64,000 nucleotides of DNA, taken from positions 124,001 through 188,000 of the forward strand of contig CDRNVI010000019.1 of assembly GCA_977017575.1 (NCBI GenBank), written 5' to 3'. The stretch's first letter is position 1; each line of letters opens with the position of its first letter. This document shows, piece after piece, positions 11,629 to 23,236 of this stretch. Both the position numbers and the translations under genes were made by a program. The DNA comes from Paramoeba atlantica. Its lineage: Eukaryota; Protista; Discosea. The notes beneath the pieces are model-generated. The model worked only from the letters and a program-made list of their open reading frames with translations, was not told where the DNA came from and did not search any database.

Positions 11629-11802
11629 CTCAGAAATAAGACACTAGAAAAAGGGTACAAGGAAAAGTAATAAATGGCACACGTTTTTATATCAGTTTCC
11701 CAATGTTTCATACACTTATTTCGTGAAAGTATTACAAAAATCGAAGAAATATAATTGGGCATCAACCATGAATTAGGTCAGATATACACAAGATATATCA
11801 AT

Positions 11803-13356
11803 TCAATAAATTTGAGTAGTAGTTGTTGTAAAGTTTCCATCAGTTGACACCGTTCCCTCACGACTTGTAAACACCCAACCACGTTCATCGACAAGTTCCG
11901 TCATGAGCCCCGCGTGATTGTAGAAGAAAGAGGTGATATGGGGTCCTCGAAGTCTTAGGTTTCCCCTGGTATTGCGAACAAGAATCTTGGCATCGACAGT
12001 GCCTCTATCGCCCACTACTTTAATCTGAGCATGTGACACGAGTGAACAACTCCTTGCAAGGCTTCGCCATGACAGTAGACCACAACTTTCTGTTGTTCCA
12101 CGAAATACGTAAATCTCAGAGGCACCGAATGCTACTTTTGCGTTTGAAAGAGTCTGAACATCTGTGTATGGCTCAGATGCAGATTCCATGATTGCCACCC
12201 AGTCTACGTTCCTTTCACCCGTATCAAGTTTTTCGACGTATGTTTTCAATATATTCAAATCACAAAGTCGCATCAAAACACCATTAATCCTCTTTTCCTT
12301 CAGAGACTCCATCCATCTTTTCCACTGCTCCGCGTTACTTGGAAGATGTGTATCGGAGTACACCAGCGTTGCTCCAGAGCATAAACTGGCAAAGTGGGCT
12401 AAGATTGGTCCAATGTGATCTGTTTCTCTGGATGGAAAAATTGTGAAACGTTTCCCATGGGTTAAATTCACTATGCTCGAGAAACATTGCCCGGCATTCA
12501 TGCAGTTTCGATGAGTGTATACCACACAAACTTTATCCTCCAATGCGGGGTTGGGATCATTCAAAATCAAAATAGGATCATCAGGGTGAGACAGCAAACT
12601 GTGCCTTCTCAATCTATGTTCTCTGTATGAGAATGGTCCCCAGAGTGGTAGCGGTGTCGTGGAATTGGACGCCGAAGGAATTGTTTTTGCATCATTTAGG
12701 GTATCTATAAAGATGCATTGCTGTAAATATGGAAATTCTCTCGATTGAATCCACTGCATAGTTTGTCCCGGATAGGAATAGCCCAGCTCTGGTAAGACTT
12801 CGTACAAAATATCACGAAAAGATATGGATCGGTAGGTTGTTTCCTTGCCCTTATTCTCCGAAATTGAGTACGTTTCACACGCAACAAGGAATCGGGGCTG
12901 AAACTGGTTGAGGGCCAAACGTATTTTATCCGCTGTGACCCATCGTTCAGGAAGTAGCGCAAGAATGGCTCCGACCTTTGAAACTGCCAATTGCAATAAA
13001 AACATTTCACTTCGCATTGGAAGAAAGGCAACAACCAAATCTGCTGGACGCATTCCTTGTGAAATAAGTCCTTCGGCAAACGCATCAGAAAACATTTGCA
13101 CCTCCTCGTACGTTAATTGGTTTTGGCAGCTCTGGGAAGGCATCTCCAGTGCAACATCTGCGTGACGCTGTCTTCGTAACAAGCGGGTGTAGTGACTTAT
13201 AACCTGATCATTAATGTTGATATCTTGCGGACCAGCGAGTTCGCTATATACAGGGTTTAGTCTTGAATTTCCCATACACAAGGAAGTTTTCCCCCCACGG
13301 GGCTGTTGCAGCCTTGACCGAGAAGAAAAAAGAAGCAGTCTTCGAACCGCTTTCAT
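11803..13356 (-). CDS. AMP-binding (acyl-CoA synthetase/ANL) fold protein, probably mitochondrial, degenerate active site
   Basis: LTYEEV...FAEGL...GMRPADLV, KVGAILA, GNLRLRGP, ERGWVFT; likely start MKAVRRLL at 13356. Confidence 0.7.
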   Translation of the reverse strand: MKAVRRLLLFSSRSRLQQPRGGKTSLCMGNSRLNPVYSELAGPQDININDQVISHYTRLLRRQRHADVALEMPSQSCQNQLTYEEVQMFSDAFAEGLISQGMRPADLVVAFLPMRSEMFLLQLAVSKVGAILALLPERWVTADKIRLALNQFQPRFLVACETYSISENKGKETTYRSISFRDILYEVLPELGYSYPGQTMQWIQSREFPYLQQCIFIDTLNDAKTIPSASNSTTPLPLWGPFSYREHRLRRHSLLSHPDDPILILNDPNPALEDKVCVVYTHRNCMNAGQCFSSIVNLTHGKRFTIFPSRETDHIGPILAHFASLCSGATLVYSDTHLPSNAEQWKRWMESLKEKRINGVLMRLCDLNILKTYVEKLDTGERNVDWVAIMESASEPYTDVQTLSNAKVAFGASEIYVFRGTTESCGLLSWRSLARSCSLVSHAQIKVVGDRGTVDAKILVRNTRGNLRLRGPHITSFFYNHAGLMTELVDERGWVFTSREGTVSTDGNFTTTTTQIY

Positions 13357-13435
13357 GTGCGCAAATTGTACAATTTTTATGCCATGTACTTCGAAACCAA
13401 GAAGGGGGTTAATTGTTCTACAAATACAAATAGTA

Positions 13436-13773
13436 CCGTATACCCCCCCCAGTAAGGTACCCCCCCAAGAGAGATTTGGCCCTTTTTGGGCTGACCCCCC
13501 AGTAAGAGAGATTTGGCTCGGGAGCCCCACAGGAGGCGTATAGGGGGTAGAGGGTAGGGGGTGGGTGTCTGCATGTTGGGGGACTCGGGGGTAACCCAAA
13601 GAAGCGTTTTAAGTTAATACGTGTTAAATTAACACGTTTTCACAAGAAAAAATAGAAAAAATAGTCAAAAAAGTTGAGAGAAAAGAGGAAACTGGCGAAA
13701 AAAGCATACCCCCCCAGTAAGAGAGATTTGGCCATTTCGATCCAAAACCCATTCTCTTACTGGGGGTATACGG
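13436..13773. mobile_element. 338-bp MITE, pogo/Tc1-mariner type, TA TSD
   Basis: TA|CCGTATACCCCC(CCC)AGTAAG ... CTTACTGGGGGTATACGG|TA; internal direct copies of CCCCCC(AGT)AAGAGAGATTTGG near 13460, 13495 and 13709. Confidence 0.85.
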
Positions 13774-14129
13774 TATTAGCTACGTAAAAGTTTTCAAGGT
13801 AGTCAAACGAAGGTCCTATGCCGGATATGCACAAAACGACTAACCCGATTAAAAACTGCACATATACAACGAAAAAGTAATAGTAAGATCATCATACGCA
13901 TGTCTTACAGGGGCATCCCGATTTTATACTGTATGTATCGCACCTTCAGATGCACATTGTATTCCTATGGAGAACATAGGGAAGTATTCTACTTTTCAGC
14001 TAAGAGTCCTACAAATCGTCTCGTAATTGCCAGCGCGTGACAAAGTAATCAATAGTTCCGGTACCATGTACTCTTTAAAAATATATATACAGATATACGC
14101 AGTTGAAAACGAAGAATAATGTTTGACTG

Positions 14130-16805
14130 CTATTCCACCAAACGTCCTTCTTGTTCTAGCTCTTTTAAAACATCTTCAAACGGAACTGCAGTGTGATCAA
14201 TATCAGGTACTGAACCGATTAGTTTTCTAGTAGAACTGTGTATCGAGTCTTGTGCATCTGGAACTGGACCTGAAGGAGCCGACGAGTCAACTGGCTCGTC
14301 AACAAGTCGTATGAGCGTCTCTGGCTTGGCATTTTTTGAATACTTACCATGACAGCATCGGCTAGAAGGAATTCTACCCCACGGATGCGCCCGAATCGTT
14401 CTATAATTAGGATGTCGAGCTTTAAACAAGAGCTTTCGCCACATGAGATCTTTATAACGTAACGGAGGTCTCACGCCGAATTCCATACTGTTGTGAGCAC
14501 GAACACGAAGTACCACGTCAGCACTGGGAGAGTAAAATGTAATCCACCCTAATCCATTGAAATATATGTCAGCTTTCGGATAGTTAATGTTGTCGTCACA
14601 TTCAAACAAAAACTTTTTTGTCTTTTTTAAGCCTTCCCGTACTGCATTAGGGTCATAAGGGGGCTTAAGTAGTGTTCCCGTATGCTGTCGCCACGTGTCT
14701 TCAGCCAGTTCTGTCTCAATTCGAAGGTGGGACACATCACGCGAGCAATAAACACCTGCAAGTAAACCATGATGACTGCACCTTATCACATCTATGGCCA
14801 CTAACCCACTCAAAAACAGTGTAAATTCCTGTGCAAGCTTATAGTACGTTGGTTTGAGTCGCTTTCGAGAGGGGACCTGCATTGAACACTGTGCTTGCTC
14901 GCGAAGGTTCAGTACTGTTCGATGTTGCCAGCGCGGGATTACCCCAGGCGTGTCATATAGTGTGACATTCGCCGTCTTTGCAGCTAGGGGGATACCGACC
15001 ATTCGTATCGTTGTACCGGGTATAGGGGACGTTGTGACTACTTTGGGTATTCGCATACGATTCGTGCCAAGAGGAATCCGCGGCATGTCCGCCGGGGAGG
15101 CATGAGGAGGAATTTTCCATTTCGCCTCAAGTCGTGTCGTTCCGTCCACTTGAGCACGAAGGGAGTACTCCTTTGTGGCTCCTGGGTGGGGTGGCTGGGG
15201 AGCCGCATAGTAGCGCATGAGTGCATTCATCACGGAGGACTTGCCCACATTCGTGCAACCGACCAGGTAGGCATTGGTAGGTGCTCCCGGCAAGGAGCGA
15301 GTTATGTTTGTCAGCTGATCGATGCGATTTGCAAGTTGCTCCATATACCATCCATGCCGCGCGGATACAACCATAATGTCTTTTAAATGTTTGGGCTGTA
15401 CACGTAGGGGTCGGAGTTGGTCGTAGATCCATGCCCGGTAGTAGGAGTGACTCTGTGCTACTTTGCGGTATAGTTCCTGAGAGGTTTCCATCGGTGTTCG
15501 TTGAATGAGATCCAGTTTGTTCGCCACAAGAAGAATAGGATTATTCATACTGATTAAGCTAGGGAGGTCCTGAATTAACGTACCATTGAAATTCGATAAG
15601 TCCGTAACAAGAACTATAAGACCCTTTTCGTCTCGAAGAGCGCTGAGCTGTTCTCGAAAGTCTTGAGCGGACATTATAGTGTCTTCTGTTGATGTGCGGT
15701 AATTCTTCAGGGCTCGACATCGTGAGCATACAACCGGATATAATTTACTAAAATGCATAGAACGAAATTCTTGATCAGTCATAAAGTCCAACCACTCTTC
15801 TCCATATTGCTTTCCGTTCTCGGCCCAGTGGCAGAGTAAGCGATACCTGCGTTCAGCATATTCTGTGCGGTCTTTCATTGTCATGCTGTACTTTGTGAGC
15901 CAGTCGTGTATATGGCGATGCGTAAGGTACCCGAATTCTTGTTCATTTTCGGATTGAAAAGCGGCACCACATCCAGGACAGGCGTCTACACCTATGGTAG
16001 GTATTTCAAAATGCGGTGTTGAAAAAGTAAGCACACTGCTTTTTTCTGCCTGTTGCTTTTCCATTTCACTGGCTGCCGCGTAATCGATTCTTTGGCGCCC
16101 ACCCCAAACAGAAAACCAGGATTCAAATTTACATTTAGCAGCTTGCAATTTGTTTGCTCTGGCGAACTCGTCATCGTCCAGCGTTGTCATTAAAACACCC
16201 TTCTCAAACTTGGATTCTAGGCTCTCCGCGTTTTTAGGCGTCGCGGGATCACGATTCACGCAAAGATGCATGATTTTATTGTACAAGGAGTTTAAGTGTT
16301 TATTTAACGGTTGAAGAGCGTCCCGCTGCTCGTCCTTCATAAGATAGTACTCAAGACCTTCAGGTATGATCTGGCGCTTTGATGGTACAGAAGTGGCTTC
16401 AGGAAGAAGGGTGTGTGGTGATTTTTCTGCGAATGCTTGTAATTTCGATGACGCCCATTCTTGCACGGAAAGGGAGTCTGAGGCATCGCTAGATGGCCTG
16501 AGATCGTGTGTTGATTGCGATTGCATCGTATTTGAAGTGATCTCCTCGGGTATCCTTTGCTCCACTGGAGTTGAAGAAATGAGCGGAAGACTCTCTTGCG
16601 CGGATACCTGCCCCATATACAAGCTCACTGGAGTTGAACTGCTAGTTTTACGCTTAGAAAATGGGGTGGATGCGGTATTCATCCCTTTCTCCGCAATTGT
16701 TGCTGTGGTTACCATAGTGACTGCACGGGAAGAACGTCTGGAGCGAGGCTTTTTCGTAAAAGATGAGACATACTTACCAAGCTGTGTATGTCGCGACAGA
16801 AACAT
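14130..16805 (-). CDS. NOA1: Circularly permuted mitochondrial GTPase (NOA1/MTG3/YqeH family)
   Basis: CPGCG...CSRC zinc finger, NKLD (G4), VSA (G5), GCTNVGKSS (G1), DTPG (G3). Confidence 0.85.
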   Translation of the reverse strand: MFLSRHTQLGKYVSSFTKKPRSRRSSRAVTMVTTATIAEKGMNTASTPFSKRKTSSSTPVSLYMGQVSAQESLPLISSTPVEQRIPEEITSNTMQSQSTHDLRPSSDASDSLSVQEWASSKLQAFAEKSPHTLLPEATSVPSKRQIIPEGLEYYLMKDEQRDALQPLNKHLNSLYNKIMHLCVNRDPATPKNAESLESKFEKGVLMTTLDDDEFARANKLQAAKCKFESWFSVWGGRQRIDYAAASEMEKQQAEKSSVLTFSTPHFEIPTIGVDACPGCGAAFQSENEQEFGYLTHRHIHDWLTKYSMTMKDRTEYAERRYRLLCHWAENGKQYGEEWLDFMTDQEFRSMHFSKLYPVVCSRCRALKNYRTSTEDTIMSAQDFREQLSALRDEKGLIVLVTDLSNFNGTLIQDLPSLISMNNPILLVANKLDLIQRTPMETSQELYRKVAQSHSYYRAWIYDQLRPLRVQPKHLKDIMVVSARHGWYMEQLANRIDQLTNITRSLPGAPTNAYLVGCTNVGKSSVMNALMRYYAAPQPPHPGATKEYSLRAQVDGTTRLEAKWKIPPHASPADMPRIPLGTNRMRIPKVVTTSPIPGTTIRMVGIPLAAKTANVTLYDTPGVIPRWQHRTVLNLREQAQCSMQVPSRKRLKPTYYKLAQEFTLFLSGLVAIDVIRCSHHGLLAGVYCSRDVSHLRIETELAEDTWRQHTGTLLKPPYDPNAVREGLKKTKKFLFECDDNINYPKADIYFNGLGWITFYSPSADVVLRVRAHNSMEFGVRPPLRYKDLMWRKLLFKARHPNYRTIRAHPWGRIPSSRCCHGKYSKNAKPETLIRLVDEPVDSSAPSGPVPDAQDSIHSSTRKLIGSVPDIDHTAVPFEDVLKELEQEGRLVE

Positions 16806-17213
16806 CAAACAAAAAGAAGAATGGCACTCCTCTACTCAGTGATAGAATCTTATTAGCTACATGAAGAAATAATTTCAGCGACGCAATTAATTAATTAAGG
16901 CAATGATATAAATTAAGTCAATGATAGGTAAAAAAAACTTTGATATACAAATGCCACGAACGAAGCATCTTTATCGTACTGTAGAACTTAATTTGTTTTT
17001 AACTTTTAAGATTATGACTAGTCATCTCTGAAAATTAAGATAACGATTTATGTACATACACCGCGTATGTATAAATAAAATATGAATTACAGAGAAGTAT
17101 TTATTGCATAGATAAAAAAAGGAGGATACCCAAACATAGAACCGGGATAAAAACATGAGTTACCGCTTCTGGCATGCCCATTACTAAAGCTGATACGAGT
17201 ATTAAGAACACAG

Positions 17214-18497
17214 TTATGTTACGGAAACAAAGCCGGAAACAATACTCAGCACGCCACATACTATCCCCATGCTTATCACAATGTAGTTCAGTATTTTCGT
17301 TGATTTTGAGAGCTTGTTACTAAAAATACAAGTGTGGAATAGGGAAGGCAGTATGAATGCTGTGGAGGCGGTTAAACCACCTCCAATAGAACTTACAGGT
17401 CCGAACCCATGTGTGGCGAATGTAGCGCACACACCACTTGAGATCACTATGATCCATCTTACCAATGTCGTCACGTGGCGATACGTGCATATACGTGAGT
17501 ACAAAGCAGATATTCCACGTTTCCGTCCAGGAATAGAATCTACAGGCTTTGCAGGCTCAAAAACGTGGAACACGGGGTACATAACTAGAGGATATCCGCA
17601 AACCAACATAAGACTCACGCACATGCGCAGAACGCTAAGGACCGGGTTGTCATCAGGAAGGTTGAGAAAGAGCACCGCATTTGTGGATTCTCCGAATGCA
17701 GCGTAGACTAAAAAACTAAAGCCAACGAAAGACACGAAAGCAAGTAAGAAAGCCGACACTGCGGCAAATGCGTACCGCTTGCGAACATTCAAGGGCGTGT
17801 CTTGAATGAGCTCCAACGTTTCGACGTGTGCAGCGAACGCGAAAACCAGAATTCCGAATGCCTCAAAGGCACCTGTGAAAGTGGTATAAGGAGCGATGCG
17901 ATCAAACAAAACTCCATGTATCCGAAGCGCGTGGTACAAAACAGCACCTATGCCACTAAAGAAAGCAATATTTCCAAGAGCAGAAGTAAGGCTTAAATGC
18001 TTTGTTGACTTTGGCACACAGAGAAACATCTCTATCAGGGTAATTATTATCACCATAACCCTGTGGTCCCATTGAGGTGCAATGATGGGGGTGGAGTTTT
18101 CGGCAATGAATATAATGTACGTGACGCATGCAATCCATTGACAAGGAACAATGCAAAGAAAAGCAACGAGAGGTCCGGAAACTGAATTTTGAAACGATCG
18201 TCGCGCAAGCTCAACGTACCCAATGTGTGTGGTGTTGTTTAATGTTGAGGTTGTGTCGTACGTTGTGTTGCTAACTTCGCTGAGATGAGCTCTTTTTTCT
18301 ATCTCCTCATCTGATACCTTTAGGGCACAGGCACATACTTGCAGCACTGCACGTACGGTGCAAAGCCATACGATTGTGACAAGAAGAAGACCTACGGCCC
18401 ATCCAGCCCGCATGAAACAGTATGGCATAGCAAGAACTCCGGTTCCTGACACCGACTTAAAAATGCTCAAGAAAAGTCCAAATACAGAACCTTTCAT
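17214..18497 (-). CDS. Amino acid transporter (AAAP/Aa_trans family)
   Basis: KSVSGTGVLAMPY motif; about 11 TM helices. Confidence 0.88.
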   Translation of the reverse strand: MKGSVFGLFLSIFKSVSGTGVLAMPYCFMRAGWAVGLLLVTIVWLCTVRAVLQVCACALKVSDEEIEKRAHLSEVSNTTYDTTSTLNNTTHIGYVELARRSFQNSVSGPLVAFLCIVPCQWIACVTYIIFIAENSTPIIAPQWDHRVMVIIITLIEMFLCVPKSTKHLSLTSALGNIAFFSGIGAVLYHALRIHGVLFDRIAPYTTFTGAFEAFGILVFAFAAHVETLELIQDTPLNVRKRYAFAAVSAFLLAFVSFVGFSFLVYAAFGESTNAVLFLNLPDDNPVLSVLRMCVSLMLVCGYPLVMYPVFHVFEPAKPVDSIPGRKRGISALYSRICTYRHVTTLVRWIIVISSGVCATFATHGFGPVSSIGGGLTASTAFILPSLFHTCIFSNKLSKSTKILNYIVISMGIVCGVLSIVSGFVSVT

Positions 18498-18862
18498 TGG
18501 GGAAATTTAACTACAGTAAAAAAATGTATTGTTCCTATCAATATTTTCGTAACCACTTTGAGATGTGAGAAAAAGGTGAAAAAAATGAGCTGACCCTTTT
18601 AATAATCCCTTTGTACTTGACCCGTGCTACAACTTCGTAGGATTAATCATCTACCGTATACGTTGCGTTATTCTAGTGACATGGCCCGAAATTACAAATA
18701 CAACACAGCATGTCAACTTCAGTGAGTTGTTCTAGGAAAACAGATCTTTTTGAAAAGAGTATTTGTAGTAATAGAGAGATAGTCGAGTTCTTATAAATGA
18801 AATACGATAACGCAAAAGCTAATGAAATGTTTTTTGACCTGAGAAGGAATTTTCAATATTAG

Positions 18863-20533
18863 TCATACCTGCAAGCCAATACTTTCTATGCTGATTTTGG
18901 GAAGTACATCGTGCACTTCTTGGGCTATGCCCAGTAGATATTTGTCCATGACAACAGGAGGTAGATTTCCCACGTGCTGAAGTTTTTGAAAGGCTTCCGT
19001 GGGTGTGAAATAACCTATCCAAAGTAGAAGAGGCACCACGATGGTAGGAACGCTAATGTGAGGACATTCCTCGTGTGACAAAAGCTTATAAGCACGAACA
19101 AGAAGCCGAGTCACTGAAACAGTTCCTTGCTGAAGAATTATACAAAGGGCGTGAAGACTTCGCGAAAATAAGGAGAAAGAACGTACCGCGGGCAAAGTTA
19201 AGCAGCGCCTACCGGAGGCATTTACCACTCTGAGCAAAGTAGAGCATTTTCTGTTGTGAGAAATTGAAGTTGACAACGTACGTATTGTCCATGCGGACTG
19301 TAGCGTATTCTCCCCGCACGCGATAATATCTTCGTAGACAGTGGCAATCAGTACGTCGACCAACATTGCACTGCGTGCTTGAAGAATGCTTTTAGTGCTA
19401 TTTCCAAAATCAAAGTAAATATCCCAAACCTTCTTTTGCTGTAGTAAAGAGAGAATAATATTCTCTTCTTCGTTTGTCCACACAATCTGCAAGGACAGAG
19501 GATGCAGAACGCTTCCTGGTTTGTAACCTTCCGACTTTCGACAGGGCATCACAACATTCAAATATTTGGAGAAATGATGCTTTTCATCAAAGTCCTTACT
19601 GGAAAGAAGCTCAACCATATCATCCTTCTTTGGCTTAGAATGAGCTTGTAAATTTGAAGACCGAGGCCCAATCTCTTCATTCGTTCCTTTGCCAGTAGAA
19701 GAGAGTATGTCCACATTTCCTCGCCATAATATCTCATCTTCGGCTGCTGGAAGGATTGAAGTTAAGGGGTCACATTCAGGAATTTGGGATGTTAATAAAT
19801 TTACAACACTCTTTAAGTGTTTCGAGACATCATACTCGGTATCTTCGAGAATCGGCAAAGAATGCGACAAGAATTCACGTGATGGACATGTATCCGGTTG
19901 TTGGTGCAGTATGTACCATGGAATATACTCTTTAATAGCTCTATGTATTTCAGAAGTACCGTCATTATCACAACCCCCCAATTCATCACACCAGAAATGT
20001 TCAGTCGAAAAAGAAGCATCTTCCTCTTTTCTGCAAATTTCCTCTATTTTTGTTTCAGAGTCAATAATACTGTTACCACTAGCTTGATCATTGCGAGCAT
20101 GTGGTAGGAGCTCCATTCCGTTATCGAACCCGTAACGAGTAATTTCATCTGTTTCGATATTATTTTCTGAATGTGCACCTTGTTTACATGATTTTATAGT
20201 ATCATAAAGGCTATTTCCGAGAGAAGCACACCCAAACGAGTCTTCTTCCTTTTCGATAACACGATAAGTCACTCCAGACTGGGATTTAGCAACGCGCACC
20301 ACCACAGTTGCTCTATTTATGTTATACCACGCAAGCTCTCCAGCGCCTTCTAGCAATTCACCCCCGCTAAATATAAGATGGAGTGCACGAGACCCCCATC
20401 CAAAAACAAACTCATTATCTGCTATTTCGAATTGTGGATCCGAAAACTCCATGCCAACCTGAATGTACAAGTAAACGTACGTATCTGTCTGTGAACACCA
20501 CCAAAGCTGCGCTTTTTGATTTCCAAAACTCAT
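18863..20533 (-). CDS. SHQ1: SHQ1 H/ACA snoRNP assembly factor
   Basis: N-terminal CS-like domain (SQTDTYVYLYIQV); YGFD; SAWTIRTLS motif. Confidence 0.75.
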   Translation of the reverse strand: MSFGNQKAQLWWCSQTDTYVYLYIQVGMEFSDPQFEIADNEFVFGWGSRALHLIFSGGELLEGAGELAWYNINRATVVVRVAKSQSGVTYRVIEKEEDSFGCASLGNSLYDTIKSCKQGAHSENNIETDEITRYGFDNGMELLPHARNDQASGNSIIDSETKIEEICRKEEDASFSTEHFWCDELGGCDNDGTSEIHRAIKEYIPWYILHQQPDTCPSREFLSHSLPILEDTEYDVSKHLKSVVNLLTSQIPECDPLTSILPAAEDEILWRGNVDILSSTGKGTNEEIGPRSSNLQAHSKPKKDDMVELLSSKDFDEKHHFSKYLNVVMPCRKSEGYKPGSVLHPLSLQIVWTNEEENIILSLLQQKKVWDIYFDFGNSTKSILQARSAMLVDVLIATVYEDIIACGENTLQSAWTIRTLSTSISHNRKCSTLLRVVNASGRRCLTLPAVRSFSLFSRSLHALCIILQQGTVSVTRLLVRAYKLLSHEECPHISVPTIVVPLLLWIGYFTPTEAFQKLQHVGNLPPVVMDKYLLGIAQEVHDVLPKISIESIGLQV

Positions 20534-21002
20534 TGATTTTTTCGAGGTGAGATTAAAATTTGTGTTTCAATCACGCAAAGTTGGTTCACGCCTATTCCAA
20601 GACTGGTTGAAAAAGCTGGCGCAGCAGTGAAGTTACGTCATTCTAATAGAATCAAGATGTAGCATTCTAGGATCAACATGAAAGTATGCGTGCACGGACA
20701 CACATAATAATAAAACTTAATCGTATTCTTTGAATGGTCGCGTATTATTCCACATATACTAACATGTACTCTTTGCTTTTGCACAACAATCAGTCTTGTA
20801 ATAAAGAACGTTCGACTAAAAAGTATTATAAATCATGTGGTGGTGCAGCGGATAGACGTGTACGCCTGACACACGCGTATGGAACACATGACGTATTGTT
20901 CAACTGAACGTTCGTGCAAGCAAACGTGCATATGCAGTATACTACTCACAGAATCTCAAAAATCTACGACACGAAAAGGTATGTTTTCTATAATAATTTC
21001 AC

Positions 21003-22184
21003 TTAAGGAATTGTGTATTCATGTGATTGTCCTTCAAGCTTCTTGGTTTCTGCAATTTTTCGCACAGCTTGATTAAAGTCCTCATTTAACACATGGTCAC
21101 GTTCATCTCTTAGCGCGAACATGCCAGCTTCCGTGCATACATTGCGTAGATCCGCACCATTGAAACCTTCACTGAGACTGACGATTGACTCGTAATGGAT
21201 CTCACCTTTGATGTTCAACTTGGCAGCATGTATTTTCAAAATATCGTCTCTTGCGGACTCATGCGGAAGCGAAATTTCAATTTTTCTATCCAGTCTTCCA
21301 GGGCGAAGCAGAGCAGAATCTAGTACGTCGGGCCGATTCGTCGCCATGATTGTCTTCACTCGCCCCAAGGCGTCAAAACCATCCAACTGGTTCAACAACT
21401 CCATGAGTGTGCGTTGAATCTCACGATCGCTGCTTGTGCCTTCTATACGTTTCCCTCCGATGGCGTCAATCTCATCAATAAAAATCACACAGGGCTCATG
21501 ATCACGTGCATATGCAAACATTTCCCGCACAATACGCGCACTTTCTCCGATATATTTATCCACGATCGCACTGGCTACGACACGCAGAAAGCTTGCCTCA
21601 ATGTTACTCGCAATCGCTTTAGCCAACAACGTCTTTCCCGTTCCCGGGGGGCCGTACAACAAAACCCCTTTCGGAGGCATAATACCGACGCGTTTAAAAA
21701 GCTCCGGGTTCACTAAAGGAAGCTCAATAACCTCGCGGAGCTGCCGCAGCTGCGACTGGAGACCACCGACTTCACGAAAAGAAATATTGTCGACCGACTC
21801 CGCATGTTGAGACATTTTGTACACCAATGGATCAACCTCCCGGGGAAGCGTACGCATCACGGTAAGTGTTGTAATATCCAGCGCAACACGAGTGCCTACT
21901 TTTAGTTTGGTCTTATCCACGTTAGCACGGATCCCGACCACGTAGCGTGGCCCACTAGAGGCTTTTACCATGGCCTGCTCGTCGGATAGCACCCGCATAA
22001 TCTCACCGGTAATTTGTCCGACACTTTGTAGGCTCTTTACATGCTCCTCACTTTGATCGTACTCACCTTTAGCATTTTTTATATTGTTCCGTAGAGTTTT
22101 CAAGCGCGTTTCAATAAGGTGGTGATCCTCCATCTTTTTGCGTAGTGCAACCACGGCTTCGTTTCTGGCAACCTCTTCCGGCAT
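21003..22184 (-). CDS. RPT4: 26S proteasome AAA-ATPase subunit RPT4 (PSMC6)
   Basis: [37 protein letters not shown]. Confidence 0.95.
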   Translation of the reverse strand: MPEEVARNEAVVALRKKMEDHHLIETRLKTLRNNIKNAKGEYDQSEEHVKSLQSVGQITGEIMRVLSDEQAMVKASSGPRYVVGIRANVDKTKLKVGTRVALDITTLTVMRTLPREVDPLVYKMSQHAESVDNISFREVGGLQSQLRQLREVIELPLVNPELFKRVGIMPPKGVLLYGPPGTGKTLLAKAIASNIEASFLRVVASAIVDKYIGESARIVREMFAYARDHEPCVIFIDEIDAIGGKRIEGTSSDREIQRTLMELLNQLDGFDALGRVKTIMATNRPDVLDSALLRPGRLDRKIEISLPHESARDDILKIHAAKLNIKGEIHYESIVSLSEGFNGADLRNVCTEAGMFALRDERDHVLNEDFNQAVRKIAETKKLEGQSHEYTIP

Positions 22185-22324
22185 GTTCTAATAGTATGTT
22201 AGTTGATTACCAATATTACACAACTAAAAGTCAATAGAATAGAGAGTTCTATACGGCAGGTAAGTGTTCGAACAAAAAAAAAGTTTACGAAATAATGTAA
22301 CATCGCACACTGATCTTGAGTACC

Positions 22325-23236
22325 TCACATTTGCACTGTGTGATCCTGATGAAAAGCACATATGTTTTCAAACTTCATGTCGATCTCGCCATCAGTCGTC
22401 ATGTTTGATAATCTACATGGATAGTCTCCGCGCGCGTCTCTTCTTATACGAATTTTGGCAGTCGCCGTGATGAGATTCTTCTGAACAACTTCACCAAGGG
22501 CTGTTGTCTCCAATTGTTGTTTATTGGGTTGTAAGTCCTCATTGTTCATTGAATAATATTGAATAATTTTTACTAAGGAGCCTGAATTGCCAATGACTGT
22601 GTCCAAACATTCGACTCTTGAAATAACTATGGAGGGCTCGAGTGGGTTGTTCATCTTTTGCACCGCTTCAAGCAGCGCGTATCCTTCATCCAACAGATGT
22701 AGAACCATGTATTTAGCGTTCTCTACGACAGAATCGCTTTTTTCTCCCCTAGCACGGACTATTAATCCTGGTGTGAGCCACTTACAATGCTTTTGAATTT
22801 CTGCCTTCATGCTTCGTAGTTCGCCGAATGCAACACGTCGCAGATTGTTGGCATGGACGTGAATAAACGATGCTGATGTGGATACTGTCCCTGGAGAAGA
22901 CAGGACTTTAACCCATGTGCTGCGTAGCCAGGGAGTCAGTCGAATGCACACGGTGCCCTCACCAGCGTTGCTCTTAGACCTCACAACAGTTCCTTGCAAA
23001 CCTGTATACGTGCCGTCCGTCACTTTCACACACTGGCCGGGAGTGCGAATCGAGATTTCTGTAGGAGCCCCCAATCCAAGTCCCTGTGGCCTTGCGGAAG
23101 GCGCTTTACTTTCCAACTCCTTGCTCTCATTCGAGATTTGTGCATTGGCGTAGCACTCTCGAGTTGATTTTTTCTTCAGTCTAGCAAAGAGATTGGCACC
23201 AAATTCCGCCTGCTTAACTTCATCGGAACTCTTCAT
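22325..23236 (-). CDS. G-patch/KOW protein (Spp2/GPKOW-like)
   Basis: FGANLF...RPQGLGLGA G-patch; KOW-like VKVTDGTYTGLQGTV; KWLTPGLIVR. Confidence 0.65.
   Translation of the reverse strand: MKSSDEVKQAEFGANLFARLKKKSTRECYANAQISNESKELESKAPSARPQGLGLGAPTEISIRTPGQCVKVTDGTYTGLQGTVVRSKSNAGEGTVCIRLTPWLRSTWVKVLSSPGTVSTSASFIHVHANNLRRVAFGELRSMKAEIQKHCKWLTPGLIVRARGEKSDSVVENAKYMVLHLLDEGYALLEAVQKMNNPLEPSIVISRVECLDTVIGNSGSLVKIIQYYSMNNEDLQPNKQQLETTALGEVVQKNLITATAKIRIRRDARGDYPCRLSNMTTDGEIDMKFENICAFHQDHTVQM

Noticed and set aside
13357-13599. N-terminal extension of the 598-aa ORF and ORF 13377-13574
   Set aside because: Runs through the MITE repeats; not part of the protein
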